Assembly: GCA_041674405.1 (NCBI GenBank)
Contig: JBAYVT010000005.1
Coordinates: forward strand, 1 to 32,000
DNA length: 32,000 bases
From: Patescibacteria group bacterium
GTDB taxonomy: Bacteria; Patescibacteriota; UBA1384; XYA2-FULL-43-10
Direction of reading: 5' to 3'
Shown: positions 9,617 to 17,509 of the stretch, one piece after another
Layout of the letters: the number at the start of each line of letters is the position of its first letter
Numbering within the stretch: the first letter of the stretch is position 1
Notes under the pieces: model-generated
What the model saw: the letters and a program-made list of their open reading frames with translations, nothing else
What the model was told of the DNA's origin: nothing
Databases searched by the model: none
Position numbers and translations under genes: made by a program

Positions 9617-9647
9617 ATAAATATTTTAATTTAAAAGGACCATTCAA

Positions 9648-9686
9648 TGACGGCTGGATTTAATCTCCTCTGAAATCCAGCCGTCA
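9648..9686 (+). promoter_or_regulatory. Perfect 14-bp stem-loop in lexA 5' region
   Basis: TGACGGCTGGATTT (9648-9661) / AAATCCAGCCGTCA (9673-9686), 11-nt loop AATCTCCTCTG; immediately precedes SD-like GGGGGA. Confidence 0.8.
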
Positions 9687-9700
9687 GATGGGGGATAATT

Positions 9701-10306
9701 ATGGAACCATTAACAAGAAGGCAAAAGGAAATATTAGATTTTATCCGTAATTTCATCGATGAAAACGGATATGCGCCTAGCTATCGTGAAATTGCCTATT
9801 ACTTTGAGCTATCTTCCACCGGCACCGTCGCCGAATACATCGCTATCCTCGAAGAAAAGGGCTACCTCTCAAAAGAAGCGATGGATGCTAGATCTATCCA
9901 ATTGACCCCAGCATTTGCTTCAGGTATCGAATCATTTGAAATTCCGCTTTCAGGCATGATCGACGCCGGAAAGCCGATCGAGGCCATCCGCACCAATGAA
10001 ACTATCGACATTCCTCGCGACATGATGGGCAAGAAAACTTTCGCTCTCCGCGTAAGAGGGGAATCGATGATTGAAGATGGCATCCTTGACGGCGATTATG
10101 TAATCATCGAACAAACCAATTCTCCCAAAAATGGAGATATTGTTGTTGCCCTTGTTGACAATGCTAATGCCACTCTGAAGCGCTTCTATGACGAAAAAAA
10201 CCAGATCCGGCTTCAGCCGGCAAATAGTTCTATGAGACCGATGCGCTTTGCCAAAAAACGCGTCACGATACAGGGAAAGGTTAGGGGAGTAATCAGAAAA
10301 TTTTAA
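9701..10306 (+). CDS. lexA: LexA repressor
   Basis: 201 aa; LTRRQKEILDFIRNFIDENGYAPSYREIA, cleavage-site-like DAGKPIEA, catalytic Ser in VRGESM and Lys in ATLKRF. Confidence 0.95.
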   Translation: MEPLTRRQKEILDFIRNFIDENGYAPSYREIAYYFELSSTGTVAEYIAILEEKGYLSKEAMDARSIQLTPAFASGIESFEIPLSGMIDAGKPIEAIRTNETIDIPRDMMGKKTFALRVRGESMIEDGILDGDYVIIEQTNSPKNGDIVVALVDNANATLKRFYDEKNQIRLQPANSSMRPMRFAKKRVTIQGKVRGVIRKF

Positions 10307-10372
10307 GACCTGTGCAATAATACATTTTTGTGCTAATATCCGCTTGTTGTTACACAACTGGAGGTGTTGGCA

Positions 10373-10558
10373 ATGTCAGCGTTTTCTCTCAGGAAAACCG
10401 CCGTGAAGAAACCCGGGGCTTGTCCGATCTGTCACGATACCGGAATGCATCGGTCTGGCGGTCGAACTCGCAACTGCAGCTGCCCGAAGGGCCGCGAACT
10501 CGCCAAGAAGGAGAAGGCCAACCGCGCGGAAGCGAAGAGAGCAGCCAAGAAGAAGTAG
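10373..10558 (+). CDS. Small basic zinc-ribbon-like protein
   Basis: 62-aa ORF from ATG 10373 with SD GGAGG; CPICHDTG....CSCPKGR cysteine pairs; Lys/Ala/Arg-rich C-terminus; locally GC-rich. Confidence 0.6.
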   Translation: MSAFSLRKTAVKKPGACPICHDTGMHRSGGRTRNCSCPKGRELAKKEKANRAEAKRAAKKK

Positions 10559-10585
10559 TAGTCAGGGCCAACGCCTCGACCCGGT

Positions 10586-10607
10586 AACCCGCCACTTAAG
10601 GCGGGTT
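10586..10607 (+). terminator. Putative terminator hairpin
   Basis: AACCCGCC acttaa GGCGGGTT perfect 8-bp stem; weak T tract after it. Confidence 0.5.
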
Positions 10608-10655
10608 TGCTGGTTTATTTGACAGTATTTTTGTGTCAATATATACTATTTGTAA

Positions 10656-10871
10656 ATGCAAACAGAAAAAAGAAAATTGATAAAATTTTCGAATTACAGC
10701 CTTTGCGTTACTTTGCCCAAATGGGTCATCCGTGAACTCAAATGGAATAAGGGTGATCTTGTGAACATGGAGGTTGATTCTGATGGCGGAACAATTCACA
10801 TATCAAAGGGCAAAAAACGGGCTATCAAAACAAACACTGAGGCCAAAAATAAGGCTGGTTTACGCTGGTAA
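10656..10871 (+). CDS. AbrB/MazE-like (SpoVT-AbrB fold) DNA-binding protein
   Basis: 71 aa; MQTEKRKLIKFSNYSLCVTLPKWVIRELKWNKGDLVNMEVDSDGGTIHISK fits the swapped-hairpin AbrB pattern. Confidence 0.65.
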   Translation: MQTEKRKLIKFSNYSLCVTLPKWVIRELKWNKGDLVNMEVDSDGGTIHISKGKKRAIKTNTEAKNKAGLRW

Positions 10872-11040
10872 AAACTTGAAATTAATGTAAGGCGCGGCGT
10901 TTGTCGCTTTTTTAGTATCAATTTGTGATTTAATTATTTTAAAATAGAACTTCATGCGCATGTTACAGCTGCGAGGCCCCCACCTCGGGCGAAGAAGCCA
11001 TTCAGGTTATGAATATCTGATAAAGCATGAAACTAGGGTA

Positions 11041-11601
11041 ATGAAAAAGTTGAATCGAAAATTTTTTGAACGGGATGCTGAAATTGTAGCTCAAAACCTT
11101 TTGGGTAAATATTTTATGTATAAAACAAAAACAGGAATTATCGAAGGAAAAATCGTGGAAACCGAAGCTTATGGTGGGCCAGATGACCTCGCATCCCATG
11201 CTAGATTTGTGAGTAGCAGCCGCAATCAATTGATGTATGAACAAGGCGGGACATTGTATGTTTATCTGGTTTACGGAATATATTATCTTACAAATATCAT
11301 CGCCGGGAAAAAAGGAAAACCCAGCGGAGTTCTAATTCGTTCGGCGGAAATTGATTCTGCTTCGTCCAATAAAGCAGCGACTGGGCCAGGCAAATTTTCA
11401 CAATACTTCAAAATTAATCTTTCACACAAGGGATTGGACATTGTAAATTCAGATAAGATTTTTATTGAAGATAGGGGAAACGATATTTCCGATTCTGATA
11501 TAATTAAGACGAAACGGGTCGGAGTTGATTATGCGGGCCATTCCAAAGACTGGGACTTAAGATTTTATATTAAAGACAATAAATTTATTAGCAAAAGATA
11601 A
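11041..11601 (+). CDS. 3-methyladenine DNA glycosylase (AAG/MPG family)
   Basis: LNRKFFERDAEIVAQNLLGKY, GKIVETEAYGGPDDLASHA, YVYLVYGIYYLTNI, GVLIRSAE, GPGKFSQYFKI. Upstream in-frame extension to 10954 considered less likely. Confidence 0.9.
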   Translation: MKKLNRKFFERDAEIVAQNLLGKYFMYKTKTGIIEGKIVETEAYGGPDDLASHARFVSSSRNQLMYEQGGTLYVYLVYGIYYLTNIIAGKKGKPSGVLIRSAEIDSASSNKAATGPGKFSQYFKINLSHKGLDIVNSDKIFIEDRGNDISDSDIIKTKRVGVDYAGHSKDWDLRFYIKDNKFISKR

Positions 11602-11607
11602 TTTTGT

Positions 11608-12522
11608 ATGGCAAAAGTTGCATTTATAAAATCAAACGATCGCAGGTATAATATCTCCAGATCTTTGTCACTTATAAAAAGCGAGATAATTTCTGGTCTT
11701 AAAAACGCTAAAAAAGTTGTAGTCAAACCGAATTGTATCGTGGATGATTTTCAGCTTGCAGCTACTCATGTTGACGCACTAGATGCGCTCCTGGACTTCA
11801 TTGCTCCTTATTGCAAAAATCAGATTACCGTAGCCGAAGGGACGGGAATCGGCGATACGATGAATGCCTTTCGCAACTATGAATATTTTTCTGTACAGGA
11901 AAAATATGGTTTTGCAGCCATTGATTTAAATATTGACGAAACAGAGGAGGTAGAAGTTTTTGATCGCAACGGTCGCAAATTTCAAGTTTTGATGTCGAAA
12001 ACAATTTTGGATTCAGATTACTTGATATCGCTTTGTGTACCAAAGACACACGACTCGGTGGTATATACTGGTGCAATTAAAAACGTGGCTGTTGGATCGC
12101 TTCATCGGCCTGTTGATACTTTTTCCGGTGGTATAGTTTCCATGTTTAGAACAAAACGAAACAACAAAGCATCAATCCATCAAGGATATAAATACATGAA
12201 TGAAAACTTAAAAATCCTCGCATTAAAAAAAGTGCCCAATCTTGCAGTAATCGACGGCTTCGCAGCAATGCAAGGAGACGGGCCGGCACATGGCGGTGAA
12301 ATGGTGCCATCTCACTGGGCTATTGCATCATCCGATGTATTATCAGCGGACATTTTGAGTATCACAATGATGGGAATCGATTTGAAGGATGTCGGATATC
12401 TAAGCTTGCTTAACGAAGAAAATCGGCCCAGTGAGCCCTTTGTTATTGGTGATGATTGGAGGTCGAATATCCTTAAGTTTAAACTCCATTCGAAATTTAA
12501 TGAAATGAAAAAATGGCAATGA
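11608..12522 (+). CDS. DUF362 domain-containing protein
   Basis: 304 aa; VVVKPNCIVDD, HVDALDALLDFI, ITVAEGTGIGDT, SLCVPKTHDSVVYTGAIKNVAVG. No ferredoxin-like Cys clusters seen. Confidence 0.75.
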   Translation: MAKVAFIKSNDRRYNISRSLSLIKSEIISGLKNAKKVVVKPNCIVDDFQLAATHVDALDALLDFIAPYCKNQITVAEGTGIGDTMNAFRNYEYFSVQEKYGFAAIDLNIDETEEVEVFDRNGRKFQVLMSKTILDSDYLISLCVPKTHDSVVYTGAIKNVAVGSLHRPVDTFSGGIVSMFRTKRNNKASIHQGYKYMNENLKILALKKVPNLAVIDGFAAMQGDGPAHGGEMVPSHWAIASSDVLSADILSITMMGIDLKDVGYLSLLNEENRPSEPFVIGDDWRSNILKFKLHSKFNEMKKWQ

Positions 12523-12594
12523 TTTGTTCAGATTCGAGATTATGCTAAAATGTATATGTCATTAGGAGGGGTCCGCCAAGCGCGGGTTAGAAAA

Positions 12595-13413
12595 ATGGGG
12601 ATTGCCGACGATATTCGTCCTAAAAAGAATAAAAAAAAGATAGCAGAGGAATCAGAAGAGGTAAAAGAACCTGAAATCGGAGATGGTGAACTCGTATCAA
12701 TTTCGCATGGCAAAGGCCATGATTTTGTTGCGTCAGATATCGAAGAGCAACTGGAGCGCGAAAAAAATGAACGCAACGAATATGATGAAGATAGTGAATA
12801 TGACGAAGACAATGAGCACGAAAATATGTCGGATTATTTTTATCGCAACAGCCGAATAAAAGAGCCAAAAACAAAAAGAAAAGGTAGTTTTGGTAAATGG
12901 CTGATTTTAATATTAGTATTGGCCTTAGTCGGAATTATCATTTGGCAAAATTTGGACTCGATAAAATCATATTTCGGCATTGCCAACAGCAAAGAGAATA
13001 CAAATACCGATAACTCAAACCTTTATTCTGATTTTTCCGTAAATAGTAGCAGCCAACCAACTTCTCAACCTACCGTACAAGAAAATACTACACCAAATGC
13101 CTCTTCCGACTCGACTGCCGCCGCAGAAACACCAGATAAATCAATATATACTATTTCAGTTTTGAATGGTAATGGCATCAAGGGCTCTGCGGCAGGCGTC
13201 ACCAGTGCTCTAGCTAATGCGGGTTATACCGTTACCAATACCGGAAACGCACTCAAATTTTCGTATATTAATTCAATAGTTTATTACAAAACCGGAAAAG
13301 CAGATGTAGCTAACGCTATAAAGACAGTTCTTTCAGACCGGACAATCGAGTTATCTGAAGATAATACAATAACGGGTAATTATGATATCGTGATAGTCGT
13401 TGGAAAAACATAA
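12595..13413 (+). CDS. Single-pass membrane protein with LytR C-terminal-like domain
   Basis: Acidic N-terminus, TM segment WLILILVLALVGIIIW, C-terminal ISVLNGNGIKGSAAGVTSALANAGYTVTNTGNA typical of LytR_C. ORF open from 12550. Confidence 0.75.
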   Translation: MGIADDIRPKKNKKKIAEESEEVKEPEIGDGELVSISHGKGHDFVASDIEEQLEREKNERNEYDEDSEYDEDNEHENMSDYFYRNSRIKEPKTKRKGSFGKWLILILVLALVGIIIWQNLDSIKSYFGIANSKENTNTDNSNLYSDFSVNSSSQPTSQPTVQENTTPNASSDSTAAAETPDKSIYTISVLNGNGIKGSAAGVTSALANAGYTVTNTGNALKFSYINSIVYYKTGKADVANAIKTVLSDRTIELSEDNTITGNYDIVIVVGKT

Positions 13414-13414
13414 A

Positions 13415-13537
13415 ATGGCACGTAATAATAAAAACTTGCCTGGTATAATTATTGGAATTATAATTCTTGTGATATCCACATTGATAGCAATTATTTCTTA
13501 CGTATCGACTAATGTTCAAGGAAAACCATTAATTTAA
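13415..13537 (+). CDS. 40-aa single-TM peptide
   Basis: MARNNKNLPGIIIGIIILVISTLIAIISYVSTNVQGKPLI; starts immediately after previous stop; not in the supplied ORF track because of size. Confidence 0.4.
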   Translation: MARNNKNLPGIIIGIIILVISTLIAIISYVSTNVQGKPLI

Positions 13538-13550
13538 GAAAGGGATAAAA

Positions 13551-13817
13551 ATGGAACCTGTTAACTCACTTGATCAGCTTTTCGGATATTACGACAAATT
13601 TCTCGCAAATGTTCCTGTACAATATCAGGCATTAATTTCGATTGCCCTAATAGCTTTTCTTATTTGGAATATTTACGCAATTATTAAAAACGGGCACTGG
13701 CTTCTCATTGCTTTGCTTGTTGTTGCCCTTCCCGGAACTTGGCCCGCCCTTCGGATGATTGGCAACTTTCTTTGGGCAATTATCAAGGGACTACTTATGC
13801 GAGCCTCCCTAATCTGA
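13551..13817 (+). CDS. Small hydrophobic membrane protein
   Basis: 88 aa with two hydrophobic stretches; tightly packed downstream of 13415 ORF. Confidence 0.55.
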   Translation: MEPVNSLDQLFGYYDKFLANVPVQYQALISIALIAFLIWNIYAIIKNGHWLLIALLVVALPGTWPALRMIGNFLWAIIKGLLMRASLI

Positions 13818-13862
13818 TATATTGATCGTAAGATAAATAATTAATATTAAATTATTATTTTA

Positions 13863-14300
13863 ATGTTGGAAAATATGAATACTTTAGAACTAATTCCTTC
13901 AAAAAAATACCTCATTCGGCTCCACAAAGGCGAAGAAATCCTTGAATCCTTAAAGTCTTTTTGTAAAGAAAACAATATCGAAAGCGGATTCGCCATGATG
14001 ATTGGAGCAATCTCATCTGTAAATCTTGCTCTTTATGAACTTAACAAGAAAGAATACTTTAGAAAATCTTTTGACGGGGCCTTTGAAATTGCCTCTATGA
14101 GTGGAAATATTACTAAAATGAATGGTGAACTCATCACACACATTCATGGGATATATTCTGATAAAAATTTTGAAACAATCGCCGGGCATGTGGATAGAGC
14201 AGTTGTTTCTGCAACTTGCGAAATATTGCTTACAACATTCGAAAATAAAATATCGCGCCAAAAATCTGAAGAAATAGGCTTAAATTTATTGGATTTATAA
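13863..14300 (+). CDS. PPC/DUF296 domain protein
   Basis: 145 aa; YLIRLHKGEEILESLKSFCKENNIESGF...GAISSVNLALY, THIHGIYSD, GHVDRAVVSATCEILL. Confidence 0.8.
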   Translation: MLENMNTLELIPSKKYLIRLHKGEEILESLKSFCKENNIESGFAMMIGAISSVNLALYELNKKEYFRKSFDGAFEIASMSGNITKMNGELITHIHGIYSDKNFETIAGHVDRAVVSATCEILLTTFENKISRQKSEEIGLNLLDL

Positions 14301-14321
14301 GTTTTTTCAAAAGGAATAAAA

Positions 14322-15215
14322 ATGTATGACATTATTATAATAGGTGGCAGTGCAGCTGGGCTCACCGCAGCAATTTACGCAACAAGAAGAGCGTTAAAAA
14401 CATTGGTTTTGACAGCTGAAATAGGTGGTCTCATGGCTAAGAATTCGGAGATAGAAAATTGGCCCGGAGAGTTAAAAATCAACGGGGTAGAATTAGCAAA
14501 CAGGATGAAAACGCAAGTAGAAAATTTTGGTGCAGATCTAAAACTGGAGCTTGTACAAAAAATATCCAGCGATAAAAGCGGTTTTTCAGTTGTGACAAGC
14601 AAAGGAATATATCAAGGAAAAACAATTTTACTGGCTTTTGGAAAGAGCCCTCGTGTCTTAAAGGTCCCTGGCGAGGAAAAATATCTTGGGCGAGGAGTAT
14701 CATATTGCGCCACTTGTGACGCACCTTTATACCGAGAAAAAAACGTTGCGGTTATTGGTGGTGGAAATTCAGCGCTCGATGCCGCAGTTCTTCTGTCCAA
14801 AATCGCGGCGAAAGTCTATATCATTCATCGCAAATCAGAGTTTCGTGGTGATGAGTATCTAATTAAAAAAGTGACAAATAGTGATAAAATCGAAGCCATT
14901 ATGGACTCCGAGCTAAAAGAAATTAGAGGCAATGAAATTGTTGGGGGTGTTGTGTTGAAAGACGGCAAAGAGATCAAAGTCGACGGAGTATTTATTGAAA
15001 TCGGTTATATTGTAAACGACTCTTTGATTGAGGGAATTGTAGACATAGATCAACTCGGCCAAGTCATCGTAAATCACAACCAAGAAACATCCGTTCCGGG
15101 TATTTACGCTGCTGGCGATTTAACAAATATGCCCTTTCAACAATTGGTAATTGCTGCCGGCGAGGGAGCAACGGCCGCACTATCGGCTTATGACTACATT
15201 CAAAAGAACTTCTAA
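14322..15215 (+). CDS. trxB: Thioredoxin-disulfide reductase
   Basis: IIIGGSAAGLTAAIYATRR, active site CATCDAP, GGGNSALDAA, GIYAAGDLTNMPFQQLVIAAGEGATAALSAYDYI. Confidence 0.95.
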   Translation: MYDIIIIGGSAAGLTAAIYATRRALKTLVLTAEIGGLMAKNSEIENWPGELKINGVELANRMKTQVENFGADLKLELVQKISSDKSGFSVVTSKGIYQGKTILLAFGKSPRVLKVPGEEKYLGRGVSYCATCDAPLYREKNVAVIGGGNSALDAAVLLSKIAAKVYIIHRKSEFRGDEYLIKKVTNSDKIEAIMDSELKEIRGNEIVGGVVLKDGKEIKVDGVFIEIGYIVNDSLIEGIVDIDQLGQVIVNHNQETSVPGIYAAGDLTNMPFQQLVIAAGEGATAALSAYDYIQKNF

Positions 15216-16065
15216 AACCAATCAGGATGATAAATTTAAAAGAGGATTAATATTCTATCTTTGCGCTTTTATCTTTATCGTTATTGCAGCTATTTTGGTT
15301 TTAACAGTTTCCCCATCCCGCACAAAACACCAAGAGCCATCTATAACGCCGCCAAATACAATTTCTGGGCTAGACTCCGAATCAAAACCAATAGATAATT
15401 CAAGCCTGGAAATTCCGGTTTTAATGTACCACTACATCCGCCAAGTCACTGATCCAAATGATTCGCTCGGAAAAAATCTCTCGGTCACCCCAGAAACATT
15501 CGATAAACAACTTGCATGGCTAAAAGATCATGGCTATGAGGCAATTACTTTCGACAAAGCCCTTGATATTTTTGCAAACAAAGAAGCAATCTCAAATAAA
15601 CCCGTAATTATTACATTTGATGACGGCTACAAAGACGCATATACTGCCGCGATGCCATCCCTTCTCAAGCACAACCTGACTGGAATTTTTTACGTCATTT
15701 CCGCCTTTATAATGCGTGATCAGCATGTTTCATTCGATGATATTTCGATGATGATCGAGAATAAAATGACGATCGGTTGCCACACGCTTGATCACGTCGA
15801 CCTAACAGCTGTCAACCCCGACCGCCTTCAAAGCGAGCTTGTTGATTGCAAAGAATCTCTTGCCAACGTTTACAGCATTCCAGTTTCTGATTTTTCGTAT
15901 CCTTCGGGAAAATATAATGATGAAGTAGAGAATGCGGTAAAAGCCGCCGGATTCAAGACTGCAACCACGACACATTCTGGCGTCTGGAAGCAATCAGATG
16001 ATCCTTATCAAATTCCTCGCATTCGCATGTCCGAATCCACCAACCTCTCAAATATTTTGAAATAA
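15190..16065 (+). CDS. Membrane-anchored polysaccharide deacetylase family protein
   Basis: N-terminal TM, VLMYHYI, VIITFDDGYKDAYTAAMPSLLKHNLTGIFYV, IGCHTLDHVDL, DFSYPSGKYND. Overlaps trxB 3' end. Confidence 0.88.
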   Translation: MTTFKRTSKTNQDDKFKRGLIFYLCAFIFIVIAAILVLTVSPSRTKHQEPSITPPNTISGLDSESKPIDNSSLEIPVLMYHYIRQVTDPNDSLGKNLSVTPETFDKQLAWLKDHGYEAITFDKALDIFANKEAISNKPVIITFDDGYKDAYTAAMPSLLKHNLTGIFYVISAFIMRDQHVSFDDISMMIENKMTIGCHTLDHVDLTAVNPDRLQSELVDCKESLANVYSIPVSDFSYPSGKYNDEVENAVKAAGFKTATTTHSGVWKQSDDPYQIPRIRMSESTNLSNILK

Positions 16066-16105
16066 TGACTTTTTCTAAGGACTACAGACTAATATATAAA
16101 TATTT

Positions 16106-16120
16106 GTTCGCTTTTTGTTT
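16106..16120 (+). promoter_or_regulatory. Candidate LexA operator upstream of rarA
   Basis: GTTC-GCTTTTT-GTTT; near-identical to lexA-upstream sites; lies upstream of TGCTATAAT. Confidence 0.6.
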
Positions 16121-16130
16121 GGTCTAATTA

Positions 16131-16139
16131 TGCTATAAT
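16131..16139 (+). promoter_or_regulatory. Extended -10 promoter element for rarA
   Basis: TGCTATAAT, 7 nt before ATG at 16147. Confidence 0.65.
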
Positions 16140-16146
16140 GTTTGCT

Positions 16147-17394
16147 ATGGAAAACAAAACAACGCTATTCCGGGGCGACAGATCGCCGTTGGCTGATAAG
16201 CTGCGCCCAATTGATTTTAGTGAATATGTCGGGCAGGAACACATCTTAGCTAAAGGTAAACTTTTAAGGCGAGCGATAGATGCTGATCGCCTTCCATCAC
16301 TAATTCTTTGGGGACCTCCGGGAAGCGGAAAAACAACTTTAGCAAAGATTATCGCACGCAAAACTAATTCCAATTTTTTTACATTGTCCGCCGTTTCCAG
16401 CGGAGTTGCCGATGCAAAATTAGTGATTAAAAAGGCCGAAGAGGACCTAACGGGTTTCGGCAAAAAAACCATTCTTTTTGTTGATGAAATCCATCGCTTC
16501 AACAAAGCCCAGCAGGATATATTTCTGCCCTATATTGAAAACGGGACCATTATTTTTATTGGTGCAACCACTGAAAATCCTTCTTTTGAGGTTAACTCGC
16601 CACTTTTATCAAGAACTCGCGTCTTTCACCTTCGTGAACTCACATCAGACAACATAAAAACACTGCTCAAAAATGCAACAAATAAAATCAATAAAAAAGA
16701 ATTAAATTTAGAAAATATCAAATCAAAAATTTCTATTACCAACGAAGCTCTCAAACATATAGCGGAATTATGCGAGGGAGATGCTAGAGATGCGTACAAT
16801 GCCCTTGAGTTGGCAATTTTAACAACTCCCGCAAAAAGAGGTGAGATTATCATCGATGAAAAAATTGCCGACGATGCGATTCAAGAAAAATTCATCCGTT
16901 ATGACAAGGGGTCAGATGGCCACTATGACGCTATTTCTGCTCTTCATAAGTCGCTTCGTGCTTCCGATATTGACTCTTCATTGCATTACACTGCTCGAAT
17001 GCTGGAAGCGGGCGAGGATCCTTTGTATATAGTCCGGCGCCTGGTCCGATTTGCTTCCGAAGATATCGGGGTAGCTGATCCGATAGCATTGATCTTGGCC
17101 ACATCATGCGAGCGAGCCGTATCATTCGTAGGAATGCCTGAAGCTTCACTTGCAATCGCAGAAGCGGTCATTTATCTAGCAAACGCCCCCAAATCTCGTG
17201 CTGTTGATAGCGCTTATGCATCTGCGCTTGACGATGTCAAGAACAAGCGCCTTGACCCGATTCCACTTGACATTCGTAACGCTCCGACCAAGATGATGAA
17301 GGATTTTGGCTTTGGGAAAGGTTATGAAATGTATTCAAAAAAATCTCATCTTCCCAAAAATCTGAAGGACAAAAAATATTGGCACGAAGACTAA
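16147..17394 (+). CDS. rarA: Replication-associated recombination AAA ATPase RarA/MgsA
   Basis: MENKTTLFRGDRSPLADKLRPIDFSEYVGQEHIL, Walker A GPPGSGKTTLAK, VDEIHRFNKAQQD, IGATTENPSFE, GDARDAYNALELA. ATG at 16138 overlaps the -10 box, so 16147 preferred. Confidence 0.94.
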   Translation: MENKTTLFRGDRSPLADKLRPIDFSEYVGQEHILAKGKLLRRAIDADRLPSLILWGPPGSGKTTLAKIIARKTNSNFFTLSAVSSGVADAKLVIKKAEEDLTGFGKKTILFVDEIHRFNKAQQDIFLPYIENGTIIFIGATTENPSFEVNSPLLSRTRVFHLRELTSDNIKTLLKNATNKINKKELNLENIKSKISITNEALKHIAELCEGDARDAYNALELAILTTPAKRGEIIIDEKIADDAIQEKFIRYDKGSDGHYDAISALHKSLRASDIDSSLHYTARMLEAGEDPLYIVRRLVRFASEDIGVADPIALILATSCERAVSFVGMPEASLAIAEAVIYLANAPKSRAVDSAYASALDDVKNKRLDPIPLDIRNAPTKMMKDFGFGKGYEMYSKKSHLPKNLKDKKYWHED

Positions 17395-17409
17395 TTTATC
17401 GTAGAATAT

Positions 17410-17431
17410 AACTAATAACTTAAAACTAAAA
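17410..17431. repeat. Dispersed 22-bp AT-rich repeat, copy 1
   Basis: AACTAATAACTTAAAACTAAAA; one mismatch to 27261-27282. Confidence 0.6.
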
Positions 17432-17509
17432 GCTAATAACCAAAGGTATTCTATTTCGTTTTTAGTTGTTACATATTAGTTATTAGCATATTTTGTGAGG
17501 GGTTTTGTT

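Noticed and set aside
10954-11040. N-terminal extension of the glycosylase ORF (MRMLQLRGPHLG...)
   Set aside because: Family N-terminus begins at LNRKFFERDAEI; extension has no SD and looks like translated leader.
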